Positions 63,572 through 64,000 of a DNA stretch of 64,000 nucleotides are shown here, one piece after another. Source of the stretch: a virus (Duplodnaviria; Caudoviricetes); IMG/VR virus record IMGVR_UViG_3300037041_001930, one strand, 5' to 3'. Position 1 is the first letter of the stretch; the number at the start of each line of letters is the position of its first letter. Position numbers and translations under genes: made by a program. The notes under the pieces are model-generated. The model was given only the letters and a program-made list of their open reading frames with translations. It made no database searches and was not told the origin of the DNA.

Positions 63572-63891
63572 GGCTTCTCTGCCTGAACTGGTGGTGGTGG
63601 GTTCGGGGTCTTGAAGCACAGAATAGGTGCAATGCACAGGAAGACGAAGAAGGCGAGGACAAACAGGAGGATCAGGATCACCTTCCATTTCGGGGGCTCG
63701 TAATCCGTGTTCTCCCAGGACCCCCGGGAAGAACCTCCCCACCCCGGCAACCAATACTGGGCGCGCCCGCATCTCATGCAGACCCTTACCGGGGGGTCAT
63801 AGGGTACCATGGGGTACGGAAAGATGTCCGCTGTGGTACGTGGGCGTGACTGTTCCCATTTATGGATGCCGAAGCAGCACAGTAAGCTCAT
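63568..63891 (-). CDS. Second DUF1660-like protein with transmembrane helix (107 aa)
   Basis: MSLLCCFGIHKW..RVCMRCGRA; VILILLFVLAFFVFLCIAPILC; start moved to ATG 63891. Confidence 0.7.
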   Translation of the reverse strand: MSLLCCFGIHKWEQSRPRTTADIFPYPMVPYDPPVRVCMRCGRAQYWLPGWGGSSRGSWENTDYEPPKWKVILILLFVLAFFVFLCIAPILCFKTPNPPPPVQAEKP

Positions 63892-64000
63892 GACTCGACT
63901 CCCTCGGATAACGTGGCCGCCAGGGCCCACTCATTCGTTTTACCAGATTTGATCAGGAGCACGAGCTGGTGGATGTGGTGGACCCCCTGCTTACCCATGG
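63888..64000 (-). CDS. 3' end of a CDS entering from the right edge
   Basis: Manual frame ...MGKQGVHHIHQLVLLIKSGKTNEWALAATLSEGVES-TGA overlaps the ATG at 63891. Confidence 0.45.
   Translation of the reverse strand, partial: MGKQGVHHIHQLVLLIKSGKTNEWALAATLSEGVES

Noticed and set aside
1-64000. CRISPR array or tRNA/rRNA genes
   Set aside because: No regularly spaced identical repeats, cloverleaf or rRNA signature found by eye; the only tandem repeats are coding.
1-64000. Stop-codon reassignment
   Set aside because: Conserved genes are intact in code 11, and TAA, TAG and TGA all end genes at coupled overlaps.

Overview
This window looks like a 64-kb piece of a large, GC-rich tailed dsDNA phage (jumbo-phage-like) genome. 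About 60 real genes all lie on the minus strand, often coupled by ATGA or TAATG overlaps; long plus-strand ORFs are antisense shadows. Left part (1-35 kb), virion/transcription block: a multisubunit RNA polymerase as a beta::beta'-N fusion (10110-14657, catalytic NLDFDGD) plus a separate beta'-C subunit (3909-6959) with a LAGLIDADG intein in the trigger loop. Around these lie Gly-zipper membrane proteins, a 1901-aa protein, a portal-like protein, a spermidine-synthase-like enzyme, a Nudix/PCD-like/HAD multidomain protein and tail-fibre genes. Right part (35-64 kb): an XRE regulator, a class II ribonucleotide reductase with a Gln-ended intein, a beta-helix tailspike-like protein, a glycosyltransferase/methyltransferase cluster, two capsid-like paralogues and small accessory genes. 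The best candidate for an undescribed system is a recurrent K-x-A(A) motif. It ends short N-terminal leaders and sits at domain boundaries in about 13 proteins of the virion block, suggesting protease-matured polyproteins of membrane modules and enzymes packaged with a virion RNAP (inference). Non-coding signals read directly from the DNA are a five-site TTTACWGNNNGTCAA dyad, a promoter-plus-terminator-bounded ~100-nt structured RNA behind nrdJ, and a 32-bp scar duplicating the RNAP 3' end around a neighbouring gene. All domain calls come from motif recognition by eye; no database search or computation was run.
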